From Haplodiscus bocki (lineage: Eukaryota), in NCBI GenBank assembly GCA_965655095.1, contig OZ296651.1:108562001-108626000 (forward strand): DNA of 64,000 bases. Reading direction: 5' to 3'. Shown in pieces: positions 25,701 to 40,800 of the stretch. Position 1 is the stretch's first letter; every line of letters begins with the position of its first letter. A program made the translations under genes and the position numbers. The notes under the pieces were generated by a model, which worked only from the letters and a program-made list of their open reading frames with translations, ran no database searches and had not been told where the DNA came from.

Positions 25701-26897
25701 TGAACTGGGATTAGAAGTCAAAGAAACTGACGAAGTGTTACATTTCAATGCACCAAAAAAGCTCAAGCCTTACATGCAACTGAACACTGCAAAACGGAAA
25801 GCCTCGGCAACAAATTTGAGGAGAATTTCTACAAGTTGATGAATTTTTCGGCATTCGGAAAAACGATGAAAAGTAAAGCAAAAGGATTGGTTGTTGAGAT
25901 AGTTACTACAAGGACCCAGTTGCTCGCGCAAACGAAGAAGAAGTGGATGAAAACACACGAGACTTAGGATTGTTTTCGCTGCTAAGACATTCAAACCACT
26001 GAAATTCTACCAAAAAAACCTACGATAGTTGGTGCCACAAAATTGGATATGCCAAATCGACACATGTATTGGTTCCACTATAAACATACGAAAGCAAATG
26101 TCAAAATCCTAGCTTTTTATTCCGACACAGATTCTCTGATTTACGAGATTGAGTCGGAAGATTTGTACAAAGACCTCAAAAACAATGATGCAATTTAACA
26201 AGAGTATGAGTTCTCGAATCATAACGAAGGCATTGGGCGGCACTCTAAACATCAAAACCTAGAAACACTCGAGTTTCCAGATGAATTAGGTGGGAAAACC
26301 ATACACAGTATCCTTGCTATGAAAACAAAACTATTTTAAATTTCAATGGGAGATAAACAGAAACTCTCTGCAGAAGGAACCACCAAAAAAGCGCAGAAAA
26401 GTCTGAAGCACCCAGTTTTCTTTCGAATTCTTGCAATAGATGCTTTACTCAGATTTTTGAATTATACAAAAAACTGTCAAAAACATACTGTATTTACCTT
26501 ACAAACCAAAAAAATGTCGTTGAGCTGTTTCGATGATAAACAATATGTTCTGCTGAACGGCGTAGGCGCTTTGCCTTTCGGACACTACTCCTTGCGAGAA
26601 GATGCAATGTTCCGGGATGTTTGCGGGGACATTGAATGGGGGAATGATGTATTGAGAGAGAAAAGGCAGAAAGATGACGAGGATCTTCACCCTAATGAAG
26701 CAAACGATTCGGAACTACCGATATTTTCACCTCCTCATCGCGAACTTTTACAAAATCCAATCACCGTTGACAATTTTTTTGATTTAATCGATCTTTTAGA
26801 ATCTTCAGATACTGAATTCGATCCACCAAGTACAGAACCGAATTTATTTTTGGACATGGAAGCCTCAGAAGTCTTTTCGAATTGTCCTCCTCCCTGA
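22768..26897 (+). pseudogene. polB: Protein-primed family-B DNA polymerase (pPolB), unit 1
   Basis: Motifs in the expected order across stops and frameshifts: N-terminal CxxC..H..H fingers; HYVLI; LCRNCF; DHCHYSGKFLG*AHYQCNL; HNIAGYD (ExoII); FLDSF; RKGVY.Y; YL..DV (ExoIII); IRGG; DANNLYG (motif A); YKLMNFSAFGKT (motif B); YSDTDS (motif C); SLSCFDDK; PFGHY. Confidence 0.93.
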
Positions 26898-27430
26898 ATA
26901 AGAGTCACATTTAACAGCTTTTAATTTTATACAGTGTTTTTCAACAAAAATATGTTTGTGGAGTAATTCAGCGTTTAATTCCGTATTTTGAAAAGACAAA
27001 ATAGCTGGTTCTGTTTTTAGTTGGAATTCCAAGGTGTAATTGCTAAGTTAGAGCTTTCAGTTTCTTAAAACTGAACCACCAGAATTTTTATTGTACACGA
27101 AAGTAAGGGAACGCCTAATGAAAGCATTTCTTGAGTGGAGCAATTTTTGTAAGTATTTTTAAAAGCACTACCACCGCCACTACAGATCAGCGAAGTCTAA
27201 TTAGCATTCCTGTTACCAACTAGCAATTTGGGAATGTTTTATCAATAACGTTGGGATTGCTTGAAAGTATTAGTTAATCCACCACAATTTTACAATTGAC
27301 TTCTACTACAACAAAGTCTCAGGGTTAGTTCGTACCAAACTTACAGACATTCAAATAGAACCGAGAATGTATATGCTTTTACGTCTAGTTTCAAAAACTT
27401 AAACTTCTTCCTTTTATGGATACGTCCTAA

Positions 27431-30400
27431 TGACCACTTCCTAAAACGACAGTCCTGTGAAATGCGGACCAGTAATGTCGAGTGCCGCTCGCGCTTCGGA
27501 AATCTTAACAGATGGTCTGCATCTCGTGATTGCAAGTCGTCCGGTTGATTTAATTCGTCGGATCACACTCGTGTCGCGCGACGCACAACATAAAGTTAAT
27601 TCGAGAACACGGTGGACTCCAAAACAATGGAACCAAACGAAATAGACGTAAACAAAGTGCAACAAAGTTTCCATCGATTTTCTAATGATAAAACTGACGA
27701 TTTTGATGTCTACAGAAAATATGTTTTGAGCTTTTGTTTGAATTACCTGAGAAATACTACTCTTAACGTAACACTAAAACAACTCCAAAGCTTGTTGAAA
27801 GAAGAGCCACAAATCGAATGTGGATTGTTTTATAAGCATTGTAAATTTTACAGACTACTTGTGATTGTTTCTAACGCTCAAACTGTACTTGGAATTTTCT
27901 GTGACACAGAAGACTGTTTGGATACGAGAAATAGGTTCAAAAGATTTTGGTCAGCTTTAATTCATCCTCTCTGGAGTATTTTGAGTTTGAAATTATAACT
28001 CCAAGCGCACCGGTTTAATCAGTTGGAATGTTGAACGAATACGGAAACATTGTTTTTGATTTTGAGAATGTTACTTATAACATTTTTTTGAGAGAGAATT
28101 GACTGTTTATGGAAAAAGTTTCCAAGACACGCTGCTTTTCAAACCACCGAAAGAACTGCTTGACTGTTCAACCACACATCAACGCTCGATAAATTTGCTT
28201 ACAAAAAGAGTTGATCGTACGGACTGGAATAGTGGTTTTTACCCTTACAAGTTCATTAGCGAAGATTTTGTTTGCCCTCGAATTCGTTTTCCCAAATTGA
28301 GAGTTTTAGTTAAAGGAAAAAATAGAGTGGGTTTCCTTCACAAGCATTTGGAAAACGTTCGAGACTCCGTTGAACTTGCTTATCCACCAGGAAAAGAACT
28401 ACGCAAAGATTTTGTGATTTCGTGTTCTAATCACAACAAAATTGAACCCTGGAAACCCAACAATAAGTTTTGGCATTGAAGTAAAATAAAGTCGGCGTCC
28501 TTTTATCAGCAGATAGAAAAATCCAAATATGGAAGCACAGCCGGAAGCCAATAACATGTGTCTAATGTTACTTCCTCATTTAAGCGTCTCCTTGTTACAA
28601 GCAGCAAACAATAGTCATTTGGTCGTTTTGACCAAAGACGAGTATGTTGGAAATGGTTTTGACAGAGTTATGAGAAGAGATGTGATCCAATTGTTTCTCT
28701 CAGGGTACTACTTACCAAAGTCTGCGTTTGGTGTTCTTGACGCCGGAATTTTGAATAACATGAGTCAGCAGAATCCGAGACCAGGCAGAAAAAGTTCTCC
28801 AATATGAAAAAAACCACCCTTCAACTTTCCCAACAAGAAATCCCCACGTCTGATAGAAATTCATGCAGGCTGTTATAATTTACCCAAAGAAATTAGGCGA
28901 ATTACGAAAGGATAGAAAGCGGATAAGATTTGCTTCTTCCCTGCAATCGGCAAGGAAACCTCAAAATTCAGGATTGAATTAAAAACTGAAGACACCGAAG
29001 GAACTCTTTCATTACTTTGCATGACACGAAAGAGTTTAAATTACCTAGTAGTAGAAGTTTGTAGAATCAATCAACATGTGTATGACTTGTAGACTGATCA
29101 TTTCTAAAACTATTGGACCGTTTTCTTCTTTCTTTTGACACTTTTATTAGTATACCGTTCTTTAGACACTCAAAGACAAGATTTTTTTTTGTTCAAGTGT
29201 ACTTCTATACTCCTCAACATTGCCAAACTAGAAAAACTGTGTAAAGAGACACACGCGGAAAAGCATCCATTTTTGTGCTCAGAAAAGCTGCATGCTTTTC
29301 TGCAATGCTTTTTTGGAAACGAATCCTGATTGCTTTTAAAACGATACTCTTTGTTTTTAAAAAATTGAATTTCTCTTCATGTATTTGTTTTGCGTAAAGT
29401 GCTCAGAGCCAGTGGACGTTGCAGATCTAATACCCATTCATAAACTGGTTTATGATGAGAACATTGTAGAGAGACCCCCTGGGAAGTTTTGCAACTCTAC
29501 CACGAAGCATTTTTGAAGTTCGAGTTTGAAGAGACTTTTTCATAGTATCAAAATTCAAAAAAGTTTACCGGAAAAAGGACCATCTTTGAAAAAAAATTTG
29601 ATCGTTTTAGCCAAAAAAACAAACATTTCTCTACCTTGAAGAAAAATACCGAGCCGACAGTTGGCACACCAACAGAAAAAAAGACGTTGAAGCCGCTAAT
29701 GAAAACCGCGGGACGCCAGCTTCAAAGTGTGTTGAGAGTTTGGTCAAAGAATGCGTATTTCGAAAACGGGTACTCCGACAAAAGCTGTCAATTTTCTCAA
29801 CAACTGTTGGTCGGATCGGTCTAAAAAGTTGCATGCAGGTCCGCGAGGCAGTTTTGGAAAAACTAAATTGGAACAAAGGGGGCCCTTCAAAGTCACCTTC
29901 CTTCAAAAATTGCAAAAATCAACTTCCATTACGACTCGCAGTATAAAGTCAAACCGTCAACAAACAGAGATTAAAATAGTTTGAGGACTCTTGGTTTGCG
30001 ACCAGCCGCCGTTTTCCAAAAAAAGCGTCAAGGATACCATATAAGGTGATCGGATCAGAATTCAAAGAACACCAGAGTCCCTCCACCCTCATACCATAAA
30101 TGATTGTCGTCTCGTCAATTTATAGGAGCGCAGAAAAAATTTATGATCGCAATCTTAACTTTCAGAAGCACTCGACTTGTCAAAATGGCTGCGGAGTGTG
30201 ATGTTTGCTTCAAAACATAGAGCTTTCCGACAAAGTTGCGCCAACACAAGCAAAAATTACACGAAGTACTTCCGAAAATTTTTTTTTGATGTTCGGACTG
30301 TGACTATGAAAATACCTCGTTGGTTTTCATGAAGAAACACTTTTTACTAAACCATGGATTTATAATAGTCAATCATTGTTGTTTCTGTAACATCATTTAT

Positions 30401-33400
30401 GGAGATGGCGCCAAAGTTTCGAATCATGCCGAAAGCGTCCACTCTTTAGCAACAAAATTCACACAGAGGCAAGGCGGACATTGAAAGAATCACCGGTTAC
30501 CTAACAAACAGAAACAGCATTCACAGGATCATTACAGGTGTATCAACTGAAGTGAAGAATTACATCAGTTGATTTCTTAGAGTTGTTTTGGTCAGGAGAA
30601 ATAATCATATACAAACCTGAATTAGAAAAAAAACTCGAGTTGGTTTCAAGAAATTCAAAAACCCACAGAAGTGAAACTAGCGAAACCGGAACCTGACCAA
30701 ACCTCACAAGAAACTATTACAACACACACAAGCACTGACCGTGTACCAATTTGGTTTTCTAAAATCTCAGATGACGTTTTTTATCGTTTGATCGAGCAAC
30801 TGACATTGGCTTTGTGTACCTTTGCATCGCATGATAGTCGATGGATTTTGTGGGAAATAATAAACTTAATAGTAAAATTTATATCATTTTCAGAAGATTA
30901 GGGCTGATCCTACATCGCTTGTCTCATCAATCTTCGTAATTGTGAGTCTCTAATCAAAAATCGCAACGTTGCCGACAAAAACTGCTTTTTCTATTGTCAT
31001 ACTGTTGGATACCATCTATACACGGAGGAGTTTCTCATCGACATAATTTCTTTGCGATGCAAAACAAGCCCCGATATCAAAAATCCCAGTATCAACCCGT
31101 TAACCAAAAAGCATCTGGGTGAGTTGTCAAGGCCAATGCCATTCAATCAAATTAGTTGCTATGAAAAAGTCAACGAGGTTCAAGTAATTATCTGCAGAAT
31201 TATAAAAAGATTTTGTGCCCTTGAGGTTCTCTTAACTTCGATGTGATTTGATAATGGATTTATTACTGTTGTCAAACGATGGCCCTCATCACTATGTTTT
31301 GTTTACCAATTTGAAACGTTTTGTCAAATTCATCAAAAAAGCAGAGTAGGTGGAGAGGTTAACTATGCAGAAACTGTTTCAATGTTTGTAATTCAGTTGA
31401 AAGTTTACAAAGTCACAAAATCATTTTTTACGAAAATGAAGCCGCGACAATAGTTCTGCCCGATCATTAGAAAAAGCTTCATTAATTAAAAAGTACAAAA
31501 AGCACTTGATTTGTACTTCTCGTTTTTTTTTGTCACCGAAGCGCTTCTCGTTCCTATCCATACATGTGACTCCTTACCAAATGCCATTGGGCAAACGATA
31601 TTGGAAAAAAATAATCCCTCTGGCTATGGATTCAATTTTGTTGAGCATGGAAAAGACATAGTTTTGTTCAACAGAGTCAAAAGAGAACACAACTTTCGAA
31701 GATTTTATCAAAGAAATGGAAAAAAACGAAGGATATTTCTAACCGTATACAATGTTTCTGATTCTGCAGAAGTAACCCTCCAGTACCAGAAGAATCTGTC
31801 GGTGACTGCTGGATTCGCATTAAACCTTTCGAAATAGACCAGGGAGAATTATTGGACCATTGTCATTATAGTGGTAAGTTCTTAGGTTAGGCTCATTATC
31901 AATGTAATCTGAAGAGAAAATCAATCAACTTCACCCCAGTGGTTGCCCACAACATCGCAGGCTATGACATTTATCAAATATGAACAATAATCAAGAAGAG
32001 CAATTCAAACAACAAGTTCTCTGTGATTCCCACAACAAATGAGAAGTGCATTTCTTTCACATTTTCCGTATGGGTAAACTTTTTTTTATGGAAAAAAAAG
32101 GAGTGATGAAAAATGTTTATGAAGAAATGCAATTCTTGGATTCTTTCATTTCAATACCACAGTACCTAGAGAACCTAGCTCAAAGAAAAATTTATATACC
32201 TCGACTGTCAATTCAATATGCAAAAAACAGTATCACAATTTGACTTACTGAAAAGGAAAGGAGTTTACCTCTACACATACATGAACGTTTTCGACAAATA
32301 AGTTCTAGAAAAAAAATACTTCCAAAACGGTTTTGGAAACACACACTTTAAGTTGGAGTAATTACTGTTTCCGACGGAGACTTGGAGCATGCAAATCTTG
32401 TATTCCAAGAGTTTGATTGCAAAACTTTAGTCGACTAACATGATTTTTATTTACACAAAGATGTTCTCTTTCTAGCCTCCCTCTTTGAAGTGTCTCGCTA
32501 AGTCTGCTATGCCATTTACGGTCTGGACTGTGTACATTTCTATTTGGTATCCAATTTGTCTGCTGAGGCCTTCCTCAGAAACTGTAACGGTGGAATTGAA
32601 CTTTTAAGCGATCGAGAACTTTTGGAAATGGCCGAAAACTTGATTCGCGGAGGATTTTCTCGAATGTTTGGAAAACGTAATTTTGAAGCAAATAACAATA
32701 TTTTACCAACCCATAACCCCTCAGTGAAACAGACATTTGGTTTTTTTATTGATGCAAACAACTTATACGGCGGAATCGTGGAAAACTTTCCTTTACCTTT
32801 AAAAAACTTTGTTTTGAGAACAGAAGGAAAACTTGACCTGCATGGAAGTCTAAGTACGACAGATGACCCCTCAGTTGGATAATTTTTGCAGGCGAATCTT
32901 CATTTTCTCGAGCCTTTGGACGATTTTCACCCATATTTCCCATTAGCATCAACCAAAGAGGAAAAATTTATTTCCGGCTCGAAGAATATCAGAAGAACAC
33001 GCTGAAATTGTTTGAAACAAAAAGATTTTCCACAAAAAAGTAAAAAAAACGGATTCAAAAAGTTTAGGACGGAACCAATAGTTATACCTTGAAATAGCCT
33101 ACTTTGAATTTATATTTTGAACTGGGATTAGAAGTCAAAGAAACTGACGAAGTGTTACATTTCAATGCACCAAAAAAGCTCAAGCCTTACATGCAACTGA
33201 ACACTGCAAAACGGAAAGCCTCGGCAACAAATTTGAGGAGAATTTCTACAAGTTGATGAATTTTTCGGCATTCGGAAAAACGATGAAAAGTAAAGCAAAA
33301 GGATTGGTTGTTGAGATAGTTACTACAAGGACCCAGTTGCTCGCGCAAACGAAGAAGAAGTGGATGAAAACACACGAGACTTAGGATTGTTTTCGCTGCT

Positions 33401-34858
33401 AAGACATTCAAACCACTGAAATTCTACCAAAAAAACCTACGATAGTTGGTGCCACAAAATTGGATATGCCAAATCGACACATGTATTGGTTCCACTATAA
33501 ACATACGAAAGCAAATGTCAAAATCCTAGCTTTTTATTCCGACACAGATTCTCTGATTTACGAGATTGAGTCGGAAGATTTGTACAAGGACCTCAAAAAC
33601 AATGATGCAATTTAACAAGAGTATGAGTTCTCGAATCATAACGAAGGCATTGGGCGGCACTCTAAACATCAAAACCTAGAAACACTCGAGTTTCCAGATG
33701 AATTAGGTGGGAAAACCATACACAGTATCCTTGCTATGAAAACAAAACTATTTTAAATTTCAATGGGAGATAAACAGAAACTCTCTGCAGAAGGAACCAC
33801 CAAAAAAGCGCAGAAAAGTCTGAAGCACCCAGTTTTCTTTCGAATTCTTGCAATAGATGCTTTACTCAGATTTTTGAATTATACAAAAAACTGTCAAAAA
33901 CATACTGTATTTACCTTACAAACCAAAAAAATGTCGTTGAGCTGTTTCGATGATAAACAATATGTTCTGCTGAACGGCGTAGGCGCTTTGCCTTTCGGAC
34001 ACTACTCCTTGCGAGAAGATGCAATGTTCCGGGATGTTTGCGGGGACATTGAATGGGGGAATGATGTATTGAGAGAGAAAAGGCAGAAAGATGACGAGGA
34101 TCTTCACCCTAATGAAGCAAACGATTCGGAACTACCGATATTTTCACCTCCTCATCGCGAACTTTTACAAAATCCAATCACCGTTGACAATTTTTTTGAT
34201 TTAATCGATCTTTTAGAATCTTCAGATACTGAATTCGATCCACCAAGTACAGAACCGAATTTATTTTTGGACATGGAAGCCTCAGAAGTCTTTTCGAATT
34301 GTCCTCCTCCCTGAATAAGAGTCACATTTAACAGCTTTTAACTTTATACAGTGTTTTTCAACAAAAATATGTTTGTGGAGTAATTCAGCGTTTAATTCCG
34401 TGTTTTGAAAAGACAAAATAGCTGGTTCTGTTTTTAGTTGGAATTCCAAGGTGTAATTGCTAAGTTAGAGCTTTCAGTTTCTTAAAACTGAACCACCAGA
34501 ATTTTTATTGTACACGAAAGTAAGGGAACGCCTAATGAAAGCATTTCTTGAGTGGAGCAATTTTTGTAAGTATTTTTAAAAGCACTACCACCGCCACTAC
34601 AGATCAGTGAAGTCTAATTAGCATTCCTGTTACCAACTAGCAATTTGGGAATGTTTTATCAATAACGTTGGGATTGCTTGAAAGTATTAGTTAATCCACC
34701 ACAATTTTACAATTGACTTCTACTACAACAAAGTCTCAGGGTTAGTTCGTACCAAACTTACAGACATTCAAATAGAACCGAGAATGTATATGCTTTTACG
34801 TCTAGTTTCAAAAACTTAAACTTCTTCCTTTTATGGATGCGTCCTAAAATCTTTCTTA
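27431..34858 (+). repeat. Tandem unit 2 (7428 bp)
   Basis: Near-identical to unit 1. Confidence 0.97.
30185..34314 (+). pseudogene. polB: pPolB pseudogene, unit 2
   Basis: Same motifs and essentially the same lesions as unit 1. Confidence 0.93.
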
Positions 34859-37800
34859 TGACCACTTCCTAAAACGACAGTCCTGTGAAATGCGGACCAG
34901 TAATGTCGAGTGCCGCTCGCGCTTCGGAAATCTTAACAGATGGTCTGCATCTCGTGATTGCAAGTCGTCCGGTTGATTTAATTCGTCGGATCACACTCGT
35001 GTCGCGCGACGCACAACATAAAGTTAATTCGAGAACACGGTGGACTCCAAAACAATGGAACCAAACGAAATAGACGTAAACAAAGTGCAACAAAGTTTCC
35101 ATCGATTTTCTAATGATAAAACTGACGATTTTGATGTCTACAGAAAATATGTTTTGAGCTTTTGTTTGAATTACCTGAGAAATACTACTCTTAACGTAAC
35201 ACTAAAACAACTCCAAAGCTTGTTGAAAGAAGAGCCACAAATCGAATGTGGATTGTTTTATAAGCATTGTAAATTTTACAGACTACTTGTGATTGTTTCT
35301 AACGCTCAAACTGTACTTGGAATTTTCTGTGACACAGAAGACTGTTTGGATACGAGAAATAGGTTCAAAAGATTTTGGTCAGCTTTAATTCATCCTCTCT
35401 GGAGTATTTTGAGTTTGAAATTATAACTCCAAGCGCACCGGTTTAATCAGTTGGAATGTTGAACGAATACGGAAACATTGTTTTTGATTTTGAGAATGTT
35501 ACTTATAACATTTTTTTGAGAGAGAATTGACTGTTTATGGAAAAAGTTTCCAAGACACGCTGCTTTTCAAACCACCGAAAGAACTGCTTGACTGTTCAAC
35601 GACATATCAACGCTCGATGAATTTGCTTACAAAAAGAGTTGATCGTACGGACTGGAATAGTGGTTTTTACCCTTACAAGTTCATTAGCGAAGATTTTGTT
35701 TGCCCTCGAATTCGTTTTCCCAAATTGAGAGTTTTAGTTAAAGGAAAAAATAGAGTGGGTTTCCTTCACAAGCATTTGGAAAACGTTCGAGACTCCGTTG
35801 AACTTGCTTATCCACCAGGAAAAGAACTACACAAAGATTTTGTGATTTCGTGTTCTAATCACAACAAAATTGAACCCTGGAAACCCAACAATAAGTTTTG
35901 GCATTGAAGTAAAATAAAGTCGGCGTCCTTTTATCAGCAGATAGAAAAATCCAAATATGGAAGCACAGCCGGAAGCCAATAACATGTGTCTAATGTTACT
36001 TCCTCATTTAAGCGTCTCCTTGTTACAAGCAGCAAACAATAGTCATTTGGTCGTTTTGACCAAAGACGAGTATGTTGGAAATGGTTTTGACAGAGTTATG
36101 AGAAGAGATGTGATCCAATTGTTTCTCTCAGGGTACTACTTACCAAAGTCTGCGTTTGGTGTTCTTGACGCCGGAATTTTGAATAACATGAGTCAGCAGA
36201 ATCCGAGACCAGGCAGAAAAAGTTCTCCAATATGAAAAAAACCACCCTTCAACTTTCCCAACAAGAAATCCCCACGTCCGATAGAAATTCATGCAGGCTG
36301 TTATAATTTACCCAAAGAAATTAGGCGAATTACGAAAGGATAGAAAGCGGATAAGATTTGCTTCTTCCCTGCAATCGGCAAGGAAACCTCAAAATTCAGG
36401 ATTGAATTAAAAACTGAAGACACCGAAGGAACTCTTTCATTACTTTGCATGACACGAAAGAGTTTAAATTACCTAGTAGTAGAAGTTTGTAGAATCAACC
36501 AACATGTGTATGACTTGTAGACTGATCATTTCTAAAACTATTGGACCGTTTTCTTCTTTCTTTTGACACTTTTATTAGTATACCGTTCTTTAGACACTCA
36601 AAGACAAGATTTTTTTTTGTTCAAGTGTACTTCTATACTCCTCAACATTGCCAAACTAGAAAAACTGTGTAAAGAGACACACGCGGAAAAGCATCCATTT
36701 TTGTGCTCAGAAAAGCTGCATGCTTTTCTGCAATGCTTTTTTGAAAACGAATCCTGATTGCTTTTAAAAGGATTCTTTTTTTTAAATTGAATTTCTCTTC
36801 ATGTAATTGTTTTGAGTAAAGTGCTCAGAGCCAGTGGACGTTGCAGATCTAATACCCATTCATAAACTGGTTTATGATGAGAACATTGTAGAGATACCCC
36901 CTGGGAAGTTTTGCAAATCTACCACGAAGCATTTTTGAAGTTCGAGTTTGAAGAGACTTTTTCATAGTATCAAAATTCAAAAAAGTTTACCGGAAAAAGG
37001 ACCATCTTTGAAAAAAAATTTGATCGTTTTAGCCAAAAAAAACAAACATTTCTCTACCTTGAAGAAAAATACCGAGCCAACAATTGGCACACCAACAGAA
37101 AAAAAGACGTTGAATCCGCTAATGAAAACCGCGGGACGCCAGCTTCAAAGTGTGTTGAGAGTTTGGTCAAAGAATGCGTATTTCGAAAACGGGTACTCTG
37201 ACAAAAGCTGTCAATTTTGTCAACAACTGTTGGTCGGATCGGTCTAAAAAGTTGCATGCAGGTCCGCGAGGCAGTTTTGGAAAAACTAAATTGGAACAAA
37301 GGGGGCCCTTCAAAGTCACCTTCCTTCAAAAATTGCAAAAATCAACTTCCATTACGACTCGCAGTATAAAGTCAAACCGTCAACAAACAGAGATTAAAAT
37401 AGTTTGAGGACTCTTGGTTTGCGACCAGCCGCCGTTTTCCAAAAAAAGCGTCAAGGATACCATATAAGGTGATCGGATCAGAATTCAAAGAACACCAGAG
37501 TCCCTCCACCCTCATACCATAAATGATTGTCGTCTCGTCAATTTATAGGAGCGCAGAAAAAATTTATGATCGCAATCTTAACTTTCAGAAGCACTCGACT
37601 TGTCAAAATGGCTGCGGAGTGTGATGTTTGCTTCAAAACATAGAGCTTTCCGACAAAGTTGCGCCAACACAAGCAAAAATTACACGAAGTACTTCCGAAA
37701 ATTTTTTTTTGATGTTCGGACTGTGACTATGAAAATACCTCGTTGGTTTTCATGAAGAAACACTTTTTACTAAACCATGGATTTATAATAGTCAATCATT

Positions 37801-40800
37801 GTTGTTTCTGTAACATCATTTATGGAGATGGCGCCAAAGTTTCGAATCATGCCGAAAGCGTCCACTTTTTAGCAACGAAATTCACACAGAGGCAAGGCGG
37901 ACATTGAAAGAATCACCGGTTACCTAACAAACAGAAACAGCATTCACAGGATCATTACAAGTGTATCAACTGAAGTGAAGAATTACATCAGTTGATTTCT
38001 TAGAGTTGTTGGTCAGGAGAAATAATCATATACAAACCTGAATTAGAAAAAAAACTCGAGTTGGTTTCAAGAAATTCAAAAACCCACAGAAGTGAAACTA
38101 GTGAAACCGGAACCTGACCAAACCTCACAAGAAACTATTACAACACACACAAGCACTGACCGTGTACCAATTTGGTTTTCTAAAATCTCAGATGACGTTT
38201 TTTATCGTTTGATCGAGCAACTGACATTGGCTTTGTTTACCTTTGCATCGCATGATAGTCGATGGATTTTGTGGGAAATAATAAACTTAATAATAAAATT
38301 TATATCATTTTCAGCAGATTAGGGCTGATCCTACATCGCTTGTCTCATCAATCTTCGTAATTGTGAGTCTCTAATCAAAAATCGCAACGTTGCCGACAAA
38401 AACTGCTTTTTCTATTGTCATACTGTTGGATACCATCTATACACGGAGGAGTTTCTCATCGACATAATTTCTTTGCGATGCAAAACAAGCCCCGATATCA
38501 AAAATCCCAGTATCAACCCGTTAACCAAAAAGCATCTGGGTGAGTTGTCAAGGCCAATGCCATTCAATCAAATTAGTTGCTATGAAAAAGTCAACGAGGT
38601 TCAAGTAATTATCTGCAGAATTATAAAAAGATTTTGTGCCCTTGAGGTTCTCTTAACTTCGATGTGATTTGATAATGGATTTATTACTGTTGTCAAACGA
38701 TGGCCCTCATCACTATGTTTTGATTACCAATTTGAAACGTTTTGTCAAATTCATCAAAAAAGCAGAGTAGGTGGAGAGGTTAACTATGCAGAAACTGTTT
38801 CAATGTTTGTAATTCAGTTGAAAGTTTACAAAGTCACAAAATCATTTTTTACGAAAATGAAGCCGCGACAATAGTTCTGCCCGATCATTAGAAAAAGCTT
38901 CATTAATTAAAAAGTACAAAAAGCACTTGATTTGTACTTCTCGTTTTTTTTTGTCACCGAAGCGCTTCTCGTTCCTATCCATACATGTGACTCCTTACCA
39001 AATGCCATTGGGCAAACGATATTGGAAAAAAATAATCCCTCTGGCTATGGATTCAATTTTGTTGAGCATGGAAAAGACATAGTTTTGTTCAACAGAGTCA
39101 AAAGAGAACACAACTTTCGAAGATTTCATCAAAGAGTTGGAAAAAAGCGAAGGATATTTCTAACCGTATACAATGTTTCTGATTCTGCAGAAGTAACCCT
39201 CCAGTACCAGAAGAATCTGTCGGTGACTGCTGGATTCGCATTAAACCTTTCGAAATAGACCAGGGAGAATTATTGGACCATTGTCATTATAGTGGTAAGT
39301 TCTTAGGTTAGGCTCATTATCAATGTAATCTGAAGAGAAAATCAATCAACTTCACCCCAGTGGTTGCCCACAACATCGCAGGCTATGACATTTATCAAAT
39401 ATGAACAATAATCAAGAAGAGCAATTCAAACAACAAGTTCTCTGTGATTCCCACAACAAATGAGAAGTGCATTTCTTTCACATTTTCCGTATGGGTAAAC
39501 TTTTTTTATGGAAAAAAAAGGAGTGATGAAAAATGTTTATGAAAAAATGCAATTCTTGGATTCTTTCATTTCAATACCACAGTCCCTGGAGAACCTAGCT
39601 CAAAGAAAAATTTATATACCTCGACTGTCAATTCATTATGCAAAAAACAGTATCACAATTTGACTTACTGAAAAGGAAAGGAGTTTACCTCTACACATAC
39701 ATGAACATTTTCGACAAATAAGTTCTAGAAAAAAAATACTTCCAAAACGGTTTTGGAAACACACACTTTAAGTTGGAGTAATTACTGTTTCCGACGGAGA
39801 CTTGGAGCATGCAAATCTTGTATTCCAAGAGTTTGATTGCAAAACTTTAGTCGACTAACATGATTTTTATTTACACAAAGATGTTCTCTTTCTAGCCTCC
39901 CTCTTTGAAGTGTCTCGCTAAGTCTGCTATGCCATTTACGGTCTGGACTGTGTACATTTCTATTTGGTATCCAATTTGTCTGCTGAGGCCTTCCTCAGAA
40001 ACTGTAACGGTGGAATTGAACTTTTAAGCGATCGAGAACTTTTGGAAATGGCCGAAAACTTGATTCGCGGAGGATTTTCTCGAATGTTTGGAAAACGTAA
40101 TTTTGAAGCAAATAACAATATTTTACCAACCCATAACCCCTCAGTGAAACAGACATTTGGTTTTTTTATTGATGCAAACAACTTATACGGCGGAATCGTG
40201 GAAAACTTTCCTTTACCTTTAAAAAACTTTGTTTTGAGAACAGAAGGAAAACTTGACCTGCATGGAAGTCTAAGTACGACAGATGACCCCTCAGTTGGAT
40301 AATTTTTGCAGGCGAATCTTCATTTTCTCGAGCCTTTGGACGATTTTCACCCATATTTCCCATTAGCATCAACCAAAGAGGAAAAATTTATTTCCGGCTC
40401 GAAGAATATCAGAAGAACACGCTGAAATTGTTTGAAACAAAAAGATTTTCCACAAAAAAGTAAAAAAAACGGATTCAAAAAGTTTAGGACGGAACCAATA
40501 TTTATACCTTGAAATAGCCTACTTTGAATTTATATTTTGAACTGGGATTAGAAGTCAAAGAAACTGACGAAGTGTTACATTTCAATGCACCAAAAAAGCT
40601 CAAGCCTTACATGCAACTGAACACTGCAAAACGGAAAGCCTCGGCAACAAATTTGAGGAGAATTTCTACAAGTTGATGAATTTTTCGGCATTCGGAAAAA
40701 CGATGAAAAGTAAAGCAAAAGGATTGGTTGTTGAGATAGTTACTACAAGGACCCAGTTGCTCGCGCAAACGAAGAAGAAGTGGATGAAAACACACGAGAC

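Larger units (their letters stand above)
20021..27430 (+). repeat. Tandem unit 1 (7410 bp)
   Basis: The same ORF set recurs with periods of 7410, 7428 and 7420 bp (ORF starts 20202, 27612, 35040, 42460). Confidence 0.97.

Noticed and set aside
22768-26897. Functional pPolB through an alternative genetic code, readthrough or splicing
   Set aside because: Stops of all three types, frameshifts and substitutions in conserved motifs occur together, and motif spacing is collinear with no room for introns. This is simple decay.
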